Shown piece after piece: positions 10,825 to 21,215 of a stretch of DNA of 64,000 bases. Made by a program: the position numbers and the translations under genes. The notes under the pieces were generated by a model that saw only the letters and a program-made list of their open reading frames with translations, searched no databases and was not told where the DNA came from. Every line of letters begins with the position of its first letter. Positions within the stretch are counted from its first letter, which is position 1. This DNA comes from a virus (lineage: Duplodnaviria > Caudoviricetes): IMG/VR virus record IMGVR_UViG_3300028888_000001. The stretch is one strand, 5' to 3'.

Positions 10825-12331
10825 AATAGATATAAATGAAGAATTACATCAAAATTTTCCTACATATGGTAATTTATTCACATTAGAAAATTTTACTGAA
10901 AAGAAAATTATTCTTAATGGAGAAATAACCACAAATGGTACTTCAGATGCTTACGGATATTCAGATTATATTCCGGTTATAAAAGGTAAAACGTATTATG
11001 TAAGTCATTGTTTATCAGCTCCAGGGGCATTATATGATAAAAATAAAAATTATATAAAAAATATATACACAAAACCAAGTAATATTAAATATGGAAATCC
11101 GATTACATTTGTCTGCGAAGCTTCTGGTTTTGTAAGATTAAATGTTGAACTAAAACATTTAAATTATTATGTATTTTGTGAAGGTACAGAGCCAACCAAT
11201 ATACTCCCTAGAAGAAAAATATATCATCCTGATTTATTAATAGATTCTTCGCAGATTAGCGATTATGAATTTGAAATTGAGCATGGTAATCTTTTTAATA
11301 GCAATACCGTATCTGAACTTGGCTATTATATAAATAAAAGCGGTAATATACAAGAATTAGAAAACTATGTGTATTCTGATTATATTCCAGTTAAAGCCAA
11401 TACACAATATATAATATATTTATGCCTTACCTCCCCAGGGGCAATATATAATACAGAAAAACAATATATAGGTCAAATACCTAACGATACAGCAACACAT
11501 GATTTTGTTTTTTCAGCACCAATAAATGGATATATCAGAATTAATATTCATAAAAATAATATCCACATATTTACAGTATATGAAAAAAATTATCAAAACA
11601 ATATACCATATGGTATGTTATTAATTAAAAATTTGATGATAGAAACATCACAGATTAGCGATTTTAATTATACAGTATCCAATAGTGTTTGGAAAAATAA
11701 AACCATTAGTATATTTGGTGATAGTAGAACATGGTATCATAGTAAAAGTTATAACGATAAAACAAAAACAGAGTGGAAAGATAAAGTATGTGTAGGATTT
11801 CAATATTATATGGAAAATATTTTACATTGTAATATTGATTCTCAAGGAGTTTCTGGCGACACATCAGTACAAATTTGTGAGCGCATTAAAGCATATGATT
11901 TTTCTAATACAGATGCTATCCTTATTGAAGGTGGTGTTAATGATTTTATAAAATCATCGTCTGTAACTATTGGTCAAATTCAACCAATATCTAGCAATTT
12001 TGATACTAATACAGTGTATGGTGCATATCAAAGCGCTATAGAATATTTGCTACAAAATTATCCAACTTTATTAATTTATATGGACATACCAGCTATAGCT
12101 TGGTCGTCTGCTGGAGTTTTCCCGTATGATATAGCAAAAATTAAGAGTGAAATAGCGCAATTATATAATTTACCATATATTGATTTATATAAAAAGTTAG
12201 GTATTAATGAGTTAAATAGGGATTATTACTATTGCGATGATGTTGAACAAACTAATTGGCGATTACATTTTAATGATTATGGTAATGAATTAATAGGAAC
12301 AAAGATAGCACAATTTATAAACACATATTAA
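10790..12331 (+). CDS. RBS-less cassette: duplicated beta-rich domain plus SGNH/GDSL hydrolase
   Basis: Repeated YSDYIPVK..PGA(L/I)Y module; IFGDS, GVSG, GGVND and LHFN..G SGNH blocks. Confidence 0.85.
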   Translation: MTYFSFDLSNDLIDINEELHQNFPTYGNLFTLENFTEKKIILNGEITTNGTSDAYGYSDYIPVIKGKTYYVSHCLSAPGALYDKNKNYIKNIYTKPSNIKYGNPITFVCEASGFVRLNVELKHLNYYVFCEGTEPTNILPRRKIYHPDLLIDSSQISDYEFEIEHGNLFNSNTVSELGYYINKSGNIQELENYVYSDYIPVKANTQYIIYLCLTSPGAIYNTEKQYIGQIPNDTATHDFVFSAPINGYIRINIHKNNIHIFTVYEKNYQNNIPYGMLLIKNLMIETSQISDFNYTVSNSVWKNKTISIFGDSRTWYHSKSYNDKTKTEWKDKVCVGFQYYMENILHCNIDSQGVSGDTSVQICERIKAYDFSNTDAILIEGGVNDFIKSSSVTIGQIQPISSNFDTNTVYGAYQSAIEYLLQNYPTLLIYMDIPAIAWSSAGVFPYDIAKIKSEIAQLYNLPYIDLYKKLGINELNRDYYYCDDVEQTNWRLHFNDYGNELIGTKIAQFINTY

Positions 12332-12391
12332 ATCTTAATTCATTTGTATATTATATTAATAAGAATATACTCTTAAGGAGGTTTCTTATTA

Positions 12392-13417
12392 ATGTATAAC
12401 GATTTTAAAAATGAATTCATATCAGATTTACAGACATTAAATCTTAATTTAACGAAAGATCAAATGAATAAAATATTAGCGGTGCTTGACGGCACCGCTA
12501 ATAATTATGACATTTTAAATCGTGCTAGTGTAAATAGACAGAAAATGACAAATGGTATTCCACAATCTGTATACGACTATATTCAGTGCAAAAAAGCAGA
12601 AGGCCTTTCTAATGATACGCTTTATATCTATAGAATCATGCTTGAAATATTCTTTAGGGCTGTACAAAAACCGCCTGAATATATTGAAGCTCAAGATATC
12701 ATGAATTTTCTAAGGGACTACCAAATACAAAATAATATATCTAATCGTACATTAGATAAATACAGACAGTATATATCTTGCTATTTTGTCTTTATACATG
12801 ACTATGGATATATCTCTAGAAATCCATCACGTCAGGTTAAGAAAATAAAATATGAAACCAAGCCCCAAGCCATTCTTACAGAATATGAAACTGAGCTTAT
12901 TAGAGGCGCATGTAGATCAAAAAGAGAAATAGCAATAATAGAATTCTTTTTATCTACAGCTTGTCGTGTTGGTGAATTAGTTAAAGTAAAAATTTCTGAT
13001 ATAAATTGGGATACTGATGAGGTATTATTATTTGGTAAGGGCTCTAAATATGGCGTTTCATTCATAACTCCAAGATGTAGATATGCATTAGAACAGTACT
13101 TAAATTATAGAAAGCTAATCAACCCAAATGAAAATTCAGAATATCTATTTATACGGGAACGGTATCCATATACGTGCTTAACCGTCAGAGGTGTTCAAGA
13201 TATTATAGAACGATTGATGAGTCGTATTTCTGAAGTGCATAAACGTATAACACCTCATTCATACCGTAGAGCTACAAGCACTAATGCATATCTTAACGGT
13301 ATGGATCTTGAAGACATTAGAGGATGGTTAAGACATTCTGATATAAGGACTACAGAAATATATGTAAAGAATTCAACGACTCATATTCACGGAGAACATA
13401 GAAGATTTGTTCATTAA
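12392..13417 (+). CDS. Tyrosine recombinase (XerD/integrase family)
   Basis: TACRVGEL, GKGSK, HSYRR, LRHSDIRTTEIY catalytic set; RBS aaggagg; TGTATATTATA at 12345-12355. Confidence 0.93.
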   Translation: MYNDFKNEFISDLQTLNLNLTKDQMNKILAVLDGTANNYDILNRASVNRQKMTNGIPQSVYDYIQCKKAEGLSNDTLYIYRIMLEIFFRAVQKPPEYIEAQDIMNFLRDYQIQNNISNRTLDKYRQYISCYFVFIHDYGYISRNPSRQVKKIKYETKPQAILTEYETELIRGACRSKREIAIIEFFLSTACRVGELVKVKISDINWDTDEVLLFGKGSKYGVSFITPRCRYALEQYLNYRKLINPNENSEYLFIRERYPYTCLTVRGVQDIIERLMSRISEVHKRITPHSYRRATSTNAYLNGMDLEDIRGWLRHSDIRTTEIYVKNSTTHIHGEHRRFVH

Positions 13418-13483
13418 AAATAAAACACCCCATAGGGATTGCTCCCTATGGGGTTATATTTCATCTTAATATTATTTTTTATA

Positions 13484-14575
13484 TTACGGATTGGTAGTGT
13501 TAATTGGATTACCATCACCGTTGGTATCATCAGAAATATACATAGGCGTACTATTGCTATAAGTCTGAGTATTATCACTAGCACTAAAGCTCGGATATTT
13601 AGACTTATCGGAATCAGATACACCATAATTAGTAAGAGTCTTGGTGATGATATCTGTGCCGCTATAGTTAAAGTCGTTGCTGTTGATGATAATCTGACGA
13701 GCGCCAGCATCTGTGCTAAGCAGGAAGCTAAGAATGTCTTGAGCAGCCATATCGATATATCTAGACTGTACTGGATAACCGCTAAACTTAACTGTAACTT
13801 CTTTCTTCTGGATATCGCCCTTGGTGTAGTTATACATAGAAGTATCTGCACTATTGAGCTGGCATCCAATTAACAGATAAGCAGACTCTACCTTACGCAT
13901 GGTATTGTCAGTAGCGATGAACAAGAATGTGAAAACTTCATGCTCAAAGCCTGGCTCCATGATACCGCTATGAATAAGTCCATGATAAGACTTAACCTGA
14001 GTACGAGGATCTTTAATACCAGACAGATAAAGCTTAGCAAACTTGGTAAGCGGAGAACCAGATTTCTCGTCATATGTAAGGCTAAATTCAGAAGCACTCT
14101 GCATATTAACCTTAGAAATTACATTAAGGCTATTCAGATCGTCACCTAGCGTAATTACTTCGGCTGACATATCTTCAAGCCCTTCAAAGCTCTTAAACTC
14201 ATACTCAACAATATGAGCCCAGTTACGTACAAGTTTTTCATAGCTTTGGTTTTTCTTTACAAGACGCTCAATGAATTCTGGCATCTGGCAAATGATAAAT
14301 GCAGCGTAACCAGTTTCATATGGATTAAACTGAACGAGCTGTCCAAAATCAGGAACGCCACGCATCAGCCTATAACTTGTTACATCGTTAAAAGACTTAG
14401 TGTATTCATAATAATCGTTAACAAGACCACTTGTGTTTGGATTATTAGCTAGTGTTGTATCCGTAGACTTACTAACAGATGAACGTCTAGTTGTAGATAT
14501 TTTCGTGTTAGATCTACCGTTACCATTTACGCCACTAACAGCACTGTTCTGATCAGTCGTTGTAAATTTTGGCAT
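13484..14575 (-). CDS. Tail tube protein (probable)
   Basis: Directly downstream of the sheath; tube-like beta pattern (FSLTYDEKSGSP, EVTVKFSGYP). Confidence 0.65.
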   Translation of the reverse strand: MPKFTTTDQNSAVSGVNGNGRSNTKISTTRRSSVSKSTDTTLANNPNTSGLVNDYYEYTKSFNDVTSYRLMRGVPDFGQLVQFNPYETGYAAFIICQMPEFIERLVKKNQSYEKLVRNWAHIVEYEFKSFEGLEDMSAEVITLGDDLNSLNVISKVNMQSASEFSLTYDEKSGSPLTKFAKLYLSGIKDPRTQVKSYHGLIHSGIMEPGFEHEVFTFLFIATDNTMRKVESAYLLIGCQLNSADTSMYNYTKGDIQKKEVTVKFSGYPVQSRYIDMAAQDILSFLLSTDAGARQIIINSNDFNYSGTDIITKTLTNYGVSDSDKSKYPSFSASDNTQTYSNSTPMYISDDTNGDGNPINTTNP

Positions 14576-14595
14576 TATATGTCACCCTCCTTTCT

Positions 14596-16473
14596 TTAAG
14601 ATATTGCAATTACTCTAAAGTACTCTTCCTGAACGAAGTTACGGAATTGTACAATGATAGTTGCATAGAAGATATTATTGCTCTCGTAAGCCTCATCTGC
14701 CATGTAGCGAATAGAAACACTCTTAAACATGGTAGAATATTGGTTAACGATATACTGAGCGTCGCGGATGTACTCTTCAAGATCATCCCCATCCAGGAAG
14801 GTATATCTAGTTCTCGGGCAACGTGTGCGAATAGCACGAATAAGATCCTGAACAAGCATAATATTGCTAAGATAGGTAAGCTGAGTATATTCTTCAGCGT
14901 TGCAGTACATGGTTTCAAGTACTGGCATACCATCATAGTAATTCAGATAGTTGATATTATTATCAACAAGCTGCTGCTTCTGATCTTCATCAGGAGTTAC
15001 TACAGGAGTAAAGTTGATTGTTCCTGTGATGATTTCTGGGAAATACATGTCATTTGCAACACCAGCAAATGGACGCCCAATTCCGGTAGAAATATATTGA
15101 ACTAATCTCTTAGCAAGCAAGAATGGCATAGATACCGTAATTTCTTTCTTGGTGTAAGGATTAATCATGTTGAAGTAGTTATGATAGATAGCTACATAAC
15201 GAGAGCTATTGATATTACCAGCATTAGCAATAATATCACCAAGAGACTCGAACTTATTAGCTGTAGTATCACACAGGTCAGCTAAGAATACGCAATCTCC
15301 ACGGAACTCGCAAAGATCGATAACAGCATTCTTAACGTCCCAGCTATACATACAGTCAATAACGCATGTCGGCTTGAAATAATCGAGATCGTAAATTACA
15401 GGATCATACTGCTGAGATGTACGATCTTTACCGAATGCACCCTTTAACAGCTCATTGTATGCAGCTTGATTTTGCCATGGTGCAGAGCCGATTGATCCAT
15501 TAGATCCATTAGCAAGAGGAATCATAGAACCGTTAAGACTATAGAATTCTGTGATATCACTTGGCTTATTTGCTACCCACGGATCGGAAGTATCTTCATC
15601 TGCAGGATCACCGGTAATAACTCCGCCAAGTGTAACACCTCTGCGGTCACAGCCATTTACAAAGTCAAAGTTAATAAGAGTAAGAGCGCTGGCTCTGTAT
15701 GTATTAGCACCATTTGTATATGTAGCCTTAGTTGCAAGCTTCTTAACCAGTGCATAAATAGAATCCTCAAACATTCTAACCTGAATCTGGTTAGAGTTTG
15801 CATTAAGCTTATAGCTGATGCTCTGAGAAATACTATCAATAACAAGATCAGGATTCATGCAGAACTTGATAGTCTCAATAATTTCCTGATTCTCCCATAC
15901 TTCAAAGTTATAACGGATATAAGAAGAAGTACGGCTGGTAGAATATTCAGGTACGATACGAACGAAAAGATTAGAAGCACCGCGACCAGATGCTGTAATA
16001 GTAAACAGCGGGAAGTCTTCGATGCTGTCAATGTCGTTCTCAGGATCAAATTCACCAAAGTCGCCATAGCCAGCTTCAGCAGCATCATGAATATTGCCAA
16101 CATTTACAGCAGAAGCGGTGTATACGTACAGATAGTATCCATCATCTCCGCCATCTACAACACGTATTTTAACGGTAGTATTTGCAAGAGTAGCATCATC
16201 TGCCACCATACGTTTCCCAAACACATATCCGCCTAAACGAAGCACTTCGGCTGCTAACAGCTGCGGAATACCATGCTTAGCAAAATTAATGCCGCCCTTA
16301 CGCTGAGAGAACTGAGATAATCCATACATCATCTCCCAGTCCTCGGAGCCTTTATCGGATGTATAAGGAATCATGACTACTACAGCAGGCTCTGATGCCA
16401 CAGAAGACACGATTTCCTGAACTTGAGTCTGATCTACAATATCAAACCTTGATCTAGGATATCCTTTAGGCAT
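14596..16473 (-). CDS. Contractile tail sheath protein
   Basis: C-terminal sheath motifs (RGDCVFLAD, LVDNNINY, IIVQFRNFVQEEYFRV); late-type promoter 16540-16552. Confidence 0.8.
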   Translation of the reverse strand: MPKGYPRSRFDIVDQTQVQEIVSSVASEPAVVVMIPYTSDKGSEDWEMMYGLSQFSQRKGGINFAKHGIPQLLAAEVLRLGGYVFGKRMVADDATLANTTVKIRVVDGGDDGYYLYVYTASAVNVGNIHDAAEAGYGDFGEFDPENDIDSIEDFPLFTITASGRGASNLFVRIVPEYSTSRTSSYIRYNFEVWENQEIIETIKFCMNPDLVIDSISQSISYKLNANSNQIQVRMFEDSIYALVKKLATKATYTNGANTYRASALTLINFDFVNGCDRRGVTLGGVITGDPADEDTSDPWVANKPSDITEFYSLNGSMIPLANGSNGSIGSAPWQNQAAYNELLKGAFGKDRTSQQYDPVIYDLDYFKPTCVIDCMYSWDVKNAVIDLCEFRGDCVFLADLCDTTANKFESLGDIIANAGNINSSRYVAIYHNYFNMINPYTKKEITVSMPFLLAKRLVQYISTGIGRPFAGVANDMYFPEIITGTINFTPVVTPDEDQKQQLVDNNINYLNYYDGMPVLETMYCNAEEYTQLTYLSNIMLVQDLIRAIRTRCPRTRYTFLDGDDLEEYIRDAQYIVNQYSTMFKSVSIRYMADEAYESNNIFYATIIVQFRNFVQEEYFRVIAIS

Positions 16474-16585
16474 ACCTATTTACCTCCTTAAAGATTTTAT
16501 TCTTTATTTACTTATATAAATAAATAAAAGCGTCAAGCTTTATTCATATGTTTATTTAAAGCCATGCACGAAGAAGCAATGCTTA

Positions 16586-17320
16586 TTAATTCATTATAAC
16601 TTTTTCAAGCGGACTTTCAGCATTTCCTGTAGTAGTCATAGCAGCTGCAATAGCCTCATCTGGGTTTTCTGATGTAATAGCAGTGTAAGGTGAAGTGTAT
16701 TTAGGAATATCTGTAATACGGATAAATTTATAATCTAGCATATCTTCCATTTTAGTCATTCTAAATGGCTGAGATAAGTCTTTAGGGTTTCTACATAATT
16801 CTGATATTATCAGTCCCATTATTTGGTTTGATACTTTATAGTTAAAGCCATTCAATTCTGCATTCATTAATAAGTAATCTAATAATTCATTATATGGAAT
16901 ATTATCTGGTAAATTTGCTCTAGTAAGAAGATTGATAAATTTATTCACGTTAGCAATTCCCTTAGGTATAGCCGTGTTTGATAATAATTCATCGCCCTTG
17001 AGGAATTTCAATACTCTATATGAAGTTTTAGCTTTAGTCCCTTCAAGATGAAAATTATTTACCTTATCTATATATGATGGTTTACATTTTATTGTCGTTG
17101 GGCATTTAAACATTTTTATTTTATCTGGCTTACCAGATTTAGAGAATTTACAATAAGAGAATAAGCCTAAAGACTCTACATATTCTCCTATGATAGACGC
17201 TACGTTAAGATCAAAATATTTTTCTGGTATATAATAAATCAATTCTCCTTCATCATTAAACAAGACTTTATTGTCTTCTGTAGTCTTTATATAACTTGCC
17301 ATTTTTCTATGTACCTCCAA
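16586..17320 (-). CDS. Probable extreme C-terminal fragment of a split RNAP beta-prime (virion RNAP)
   Basis: VSNQIMGLIISELCR and ITDIPKYTSPYTAITSENPDEAIAAA..SPLEKVI resemble the RpoC C-terminus; late-type promoter 17329-17341. Confidence 0.5.
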   Translation of the reverse strand: MEVHRKMASYIKTTEDNKVLFNDEGELIYYIPEKYFDLNVASIIGEYVESLGLFSYCKFSKSGKPDKIKMFKCPTTIKCKPSYIDKVNNFHLEGTKAKTSYRVLKFLKGDELLSNTAIPKGIANVNKFINLLTRANLPDNIPYNELLDYLLMNAELNGFNYKVSNQIMGLIISELCRNPKDLSQPFRMTKMEDMLDYKFIRITDIPKYTSPYTAITSENPDEAIAAAMTTTGNAESPLEKVIMN

Positions 17321-17406
17321 GCAATAATTTAATAAAATGTCGCAGAAAAAAATAAAAAATAATTGACCCCGAAGGGCCGGGGGCTCTTAGACCCCCGGAT
17401 GATAGA

Positions 17407-17655
17407 TTAGTTCTGAGCCTGAGCAGGCTGTACCTGCTGCTGTGCCATCTGCTGCATTTGCTGCGCAGCCAATACCTGCTGGGCCGCCTGGACCATGCTC
17501 TGATCCACTTTCTTCAGCTGGTGGTCAGTATACAGCTTGACGCCTAATGCTCCCACGCCGATACCGGCTGCCGCTGCAACTCCACCTACTAAGTAGGGGT
17601 TAACACCGTTGTTCCTGCTCATGCTCTTGCTCATAGTTGTTCTGCTTTCTGTCAT
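17407..17655 (-). CDS. Small membrane-anchored Q-rich early protein
   Basis: Hydrophobic G/A segment then poly-Q tail; own promoter, leader, RBS and terminator; GC-richer than its neighbours. Confidence 0.75.
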   Translation of the reverse strand: MTESRTTMSKSMSRNNGVNPYLVGGVAAAAGIGVGALGVKLYTDHQLKKVDQSMVQAAQQVLAAQQMQQMAQQQVQPAQAQN

Positions 17656-17816
17656 TTCAATTCTCCTTTCGCCCGCTCGTTTGGCGGGACTTACACATAA
17701 TTAATAGTATTGAATGATAAGTATTTCTACTCTCATTCACTTCTATAATATATAATCATCTAATTAGACTTTTACAAAAATTATACAGGGTGGATAACTC
17801 CACCCTGTATATATTA

Positions 17817-18920
17817 TTATGGATTCTGAGGATCGTCAGCATTATCAGACATAGTTTCAAGCTTATTTAATATAGCATCAGTCTTTTCTTTGATTGTCTT
17901 AATATTCTGGCTAGCACTAGCAGATTCTTCATCAAGAAACTGATTATACAGATAATCAATCTTATCACTATATGGCATATTACCAAGCTTTTCAATAACT
18001 TGAGAGAATCTTGTATTGGCATCATTTGAATGATTTGTTATAGCGCTTAGAACAGTATCTTTCGCTGTATTGGTATTAGCATTAACACTTCCTACAGCAG
18101 AAATGATATTATTATTTACACTAGTTCCAGCCTCGTTAATTTTAGTAATAATATTATCAAATGGAGTTGTATCATCAAGCTTAGATATAATATAAGCCAA
18201 TTTTTGAGTTGGGTCTAATTCATTAAGCTTATCTATGATATCATCTGTATCTGTTGCTAAATTATGAATAATAATATCCAGCTTAGAATTAAAGTCTGGC
18301 ATCATATTAAGTATTATATTTAACTTTTCAGAATCAGACATTTCTTCTACATCCACTGTGGGAGGAATATAGTTTTCATCATCCTCTGGGACTTCTTCTA
18401 TAGCTCTTATTGAAGCTATAAAGATTTTTCTTTTGTCAGATTTTCCAGCTACAGAACAATCCATGCCTATCCAAGCTGTAGCGACTGTCTCGTTAAATTG
18501 TCCGATGTATCTAGTGCACGTATCTGGAATACTAGAATCGATAATCTTCAATATACCGTTAGCTACTTTAAGACCGCCCTCGGTGGTATATGTAATAGCA
18601 TACTGTTTTCCGATTTCTAATACGATATCAGTATCGTCTTCTTCTTTTAGAGCATATAGCTTAATGCGTAACGATCTAAAAGCAAGAGTTTCGATATTTA
18701 CTATACGGCTAGCGATCTCACTTCTAACAATCTGACCTTCAGCTGGATCTACAGGAGTTTGAGGTACATAAAGATGTCCATCGTCAAAAAATTCAAGATC
18801 TGAAATAAATCTTCTAGGCGGTCTTCTATGATACCAGCTTGAATTATAATAAGCTGGATATGGTTGTATGAACACATTTCCATACATATAATGACCGTCC
18901 CTTACATAAGGTCCAGGCAT
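17817..18920 (-). CDS. Hypothetical coiled-coil, probably structural protein
   Basis: RBS aaggagg; in a late operon. Confidence 0.7.
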   Translation of the reverse strand: MPGPYVRDGHYMYGNVFIQPYPAYYNSSWYHRRPPRRFISDLEFFDDGHLYVPQTPVDPAEGQIVRSEIASRIVNIETLAFRSLRIKLYALKEEDDTDIVLEIGKQYAITYTTEGGLKVANGILKIIDSSIPDTCTRYIGQFNETVATAWIGMDCSVAGKSDKRKIFIASIRAIEEVPEDDENYIPPTVDVEEMSDSEKLNIILNMMPDFNSKLDIIIHNLATDTDDIIDKLNELDPTQKLAYIISKLDDTTPFDNIITKINEAGTSVNNNIISAVGSVNANTNTAKDTVLSAITNHSNDANTRFSQVIEKLGNMPYSDKIDYLYNQFLDEESASASQNIKTIKEKTDAILNKLETMSDNADDPQNP

Positions 18921-18935
18921 AGTTTAATTACCTCC

Positions 18936-19994
18936 TTAAAGAGAATTAATTTTATCTATTACTTTATAAACGTTTTCAAATAATTGTTTAGTTTCATCAT
19001 CTTCTAATATCGCAGGGTTAAATGTATATTTATAAATATTATCTACAAGCTTGTAGACGTATGCTAAATCATTTATATTATCCATATTTAGCTCTGTAGC
19101 GTGCTGACATATAGCGACAATAAAACGCTTATGCTCAATTTCAGGCCTCTCAGGATCATAGAGATTTAGCACATTTAATAGTTTAGAAATATCAGGAACT
19201 TTAATTTCAGTGGTATTTACTTTGCTGTTGAAATAGGATACCTCATCATTAAAGTACAGCTCAGCTCTCTTATAGATTCTTTTTCTTCTTCTAGGTTCAA
19301 GCCATCCTAATAGTCTATTAAATGATTTAGCATCATCGAATGCATTTTTAAGTTCGGTTAGCTTTTGGGCTTTTTCTGGATCTTCTTGTCCGATTTCTTC
19401 TATTTTACTAAATAGCTCATTATATGCATCTTTGAACGCATCAGATATCTCTAGATTAAATTCTCTATATGCATCGTCCATAGATTTATTAAACTCATCA
19501 AAGATAGCTTCAAATTGAGCGTCGCTGACAATATTATCAAAATAGAATCTAGCGACATGCTCTTTACCAATTAGCTGTGATTTTGGACGGCCTCTATTAA
19601 TATTAAACTTAATATCGTCTATAATTTTCTTATAGCTATCTGGCAGTCTATTATAGATAATAATATTCTTATTCTTCTTATACTCTAATAACAGCTTAAT
19701 TACAGTCTCAGCATCTTCATCAGTAATATCTGGACTTGACTCTTTAAGTATTTTCTTAAGAGCATCTTCTGGAGGCAGTTCTTCTTCACTATCAAGTGCT
19801 GGGTTGATACTTTCTATCTCTTCATATTCAGTATTTTCTGTTTCTTCTTGTGCTTGAGATAAAGCTTCCTTATCAGTGTTTTCTTTATCTAACTCATTGT
19901 AGATATAAGATACTTGCTCATCAGTAAGAGGAACATTTTCATTTACTTCTTCTGCTGCAACAATATTCTCCACATTCTCATTAACATTACTCAT
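18936..19994 (-). CDS. Hypothetical acidic protein
   Basis: 352 aa, coupled to the upstream gene. Confidence 0.75.
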   Translation of the reverse strand: MSNVNENVENIVAAEEVNENVPLTDEQVSYIYNELDKENTDKEALSQAQEETENTEYEEIESINPALDSEEELPPEDALKKILKESSPDITDEDAETVIKLLLEYKKNKNIIIYNRLPDSYKKIIDDIKFNINRGRPKSQLIGKEHVARFYFDNIVSDAQFEAIFDEFNKSMDDAYREFNLEISDAFKDAYNELFSKIEEIGQEDPEKAQKLTELKNAFDDAKSFNRLLGWLEPRRRKRIYKRAELYFNDEVSYFNSKVNTTEIKVPDISKLLNVLNLYDPERPEIEHKRFIVAICQHATELNMDNINDLAYVYKLVDNIYKYTFNPAILEDDETKQLFENVYKVIDKINSL

Positions 19995-20784
19995 TTTTGT
20001 TATAGTCCTCCGTAAGCATCATAAATTCTTGAATACTAGTTTCAGCAATATTACCAACTAACCGTTGAAGTGATAGTCTTATATTTGTTATTATAATTGG
20101 CAATATTTCTGGTTGTTCTAATACCGAACAGTAGTAATCTTTAAAGAAATTTCCTTTATCAGATATTACAGAATCTAGAAATTCTACAAGCTCCATATGA
20201 GAATAAATACTTTGGAATATATTCAGCAAGCTTATATCCAATGTAGCAATATGATTTAACACCTGAGCCATATTAGCACTGATAATTCCATATTGTGCAT
20301 CGTTATACATTCTCTTGCCATATACCGAAGATGAATCTCTGGATTTTCTATAATCTTCTAAATTAAGAAATCTTGATAGAGATTCTTTATTATTAATAAT
20401 AAATGAAGTAAAGAAACTAACCATGAGATTGTTTCTATTACAAACTAAGAAGTCATATAGATAAAATGCTACTGTATAAAGATCTACATTATCATCTATA
20501 TCATTAAAATGAAGATTAAACTTATCGCATAATATATTAATTATATCTAGATATACTTGCATTCTAATAATTTTTATATTATCAGAATCTCCTGGATAGT
20601 TATCGTTCATCAATTTAAAATTCTCTTCAAATGAAGAGACTATATTAGAATCTGGCAATATTGCTGTATAATCTATATTTTCTAGCTTATCGTTTAATAT
20701 GTCGAAAATATAATTAGAATCAAATCGCTCTAGCATTTCTGTAACATTGAATTCATTACTAATTTCGTATCTTGGTGTTACCAT
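19987..20784 (-). CDS. Hypothetical late protein
   Basis: RBS aaggagg, GACA-N6-TAA at 20817-20829. Confidence 0.75.
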   Translation of the reverse strand: MVTPRYEISNEFNVTEMLERFDSNYIFDILNDKLENIDYTAILPDSNIVSSFEENFKLMNDNYPGDSDNIKIIRMQVYLDIINILCDKFNLHFNDIDDNVDLYTVAFYLYDFLVCNRNNLMVSFFTSFIINNKESLSRFLNLEDYRKSRDSSSVYGKRMYNDAQYGIISANMAQVLNHIATLDISLLNIFQSIYSHMELVEFLDSVISDKGNFFKDYYCSVLEQPEILPIIITNIRLSLQRLVGNIAETSIQEFMMLTEDYNKNE

Positions 20785-20960
20785 TAGAGCTTTTAACCTC
20801 CTTAAGTTATTATAATTTAATAACTTGTCCAGGGCGTTGTAATTTCTACTTTTTTTAGTTATATATTATAAAAGTGAATGAGAACAATGCGTCCTCATTC
20901 ATACTATTAATATTTTATTTAGGAAGGCTAGCCAAACGAGCTAGCGGAAAGGAGAATAAT

Positions 20961-21152
20961 ATGAAGAAAATGACAGAGTGGGAGGCCGCATTTTTGGCCG
21001 CACAGAAAACTAACACCAAGATCGGCAAAGAATATCGCAAGCTTACTGACAAGGCGATGCGTAAAGTTAACAACGCAGACCTCGGAGCAACAGCCTACGC
21101 TATTGGGCTTACAGACCCGAAGCTTATTAGGCAGATCAGGAAAAGTATCTAA
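20961..21152 (+). CDS. Small basic early protein (true start 20961)
   Basis: RBS aaaggag, promoter 20860-20870, terminator ~21165-21195. Confidence 0.75.
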   Translation: MKKMTEWEAAFLAAQKTNTKIGKEYRKLTDKAMRKVNNADLGATAYAIGLTDPKLIRQIRKSI

Positions 21153-21215
21153 TGTCAGAAGAACACACAGGGGTGAGCAATCACCCCTGTGTGTTGTCAT
21201 TATTCTTTTTTTTGT

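Noticed and set aside
12392-13417. Recombinase as a prophage integrase indicating lysogeny
   Set aside because: No att-like junction, host genes or repressor module nearby; the context fits cassette shuffling better, though lysogeny cannot be excluded
13414-16103. Many 60-180 aa ORFs overlapping the tube and sheath genes
   Set aside because: Antisense or out-of-frame shadows of codon-biased structural genes; no RBS
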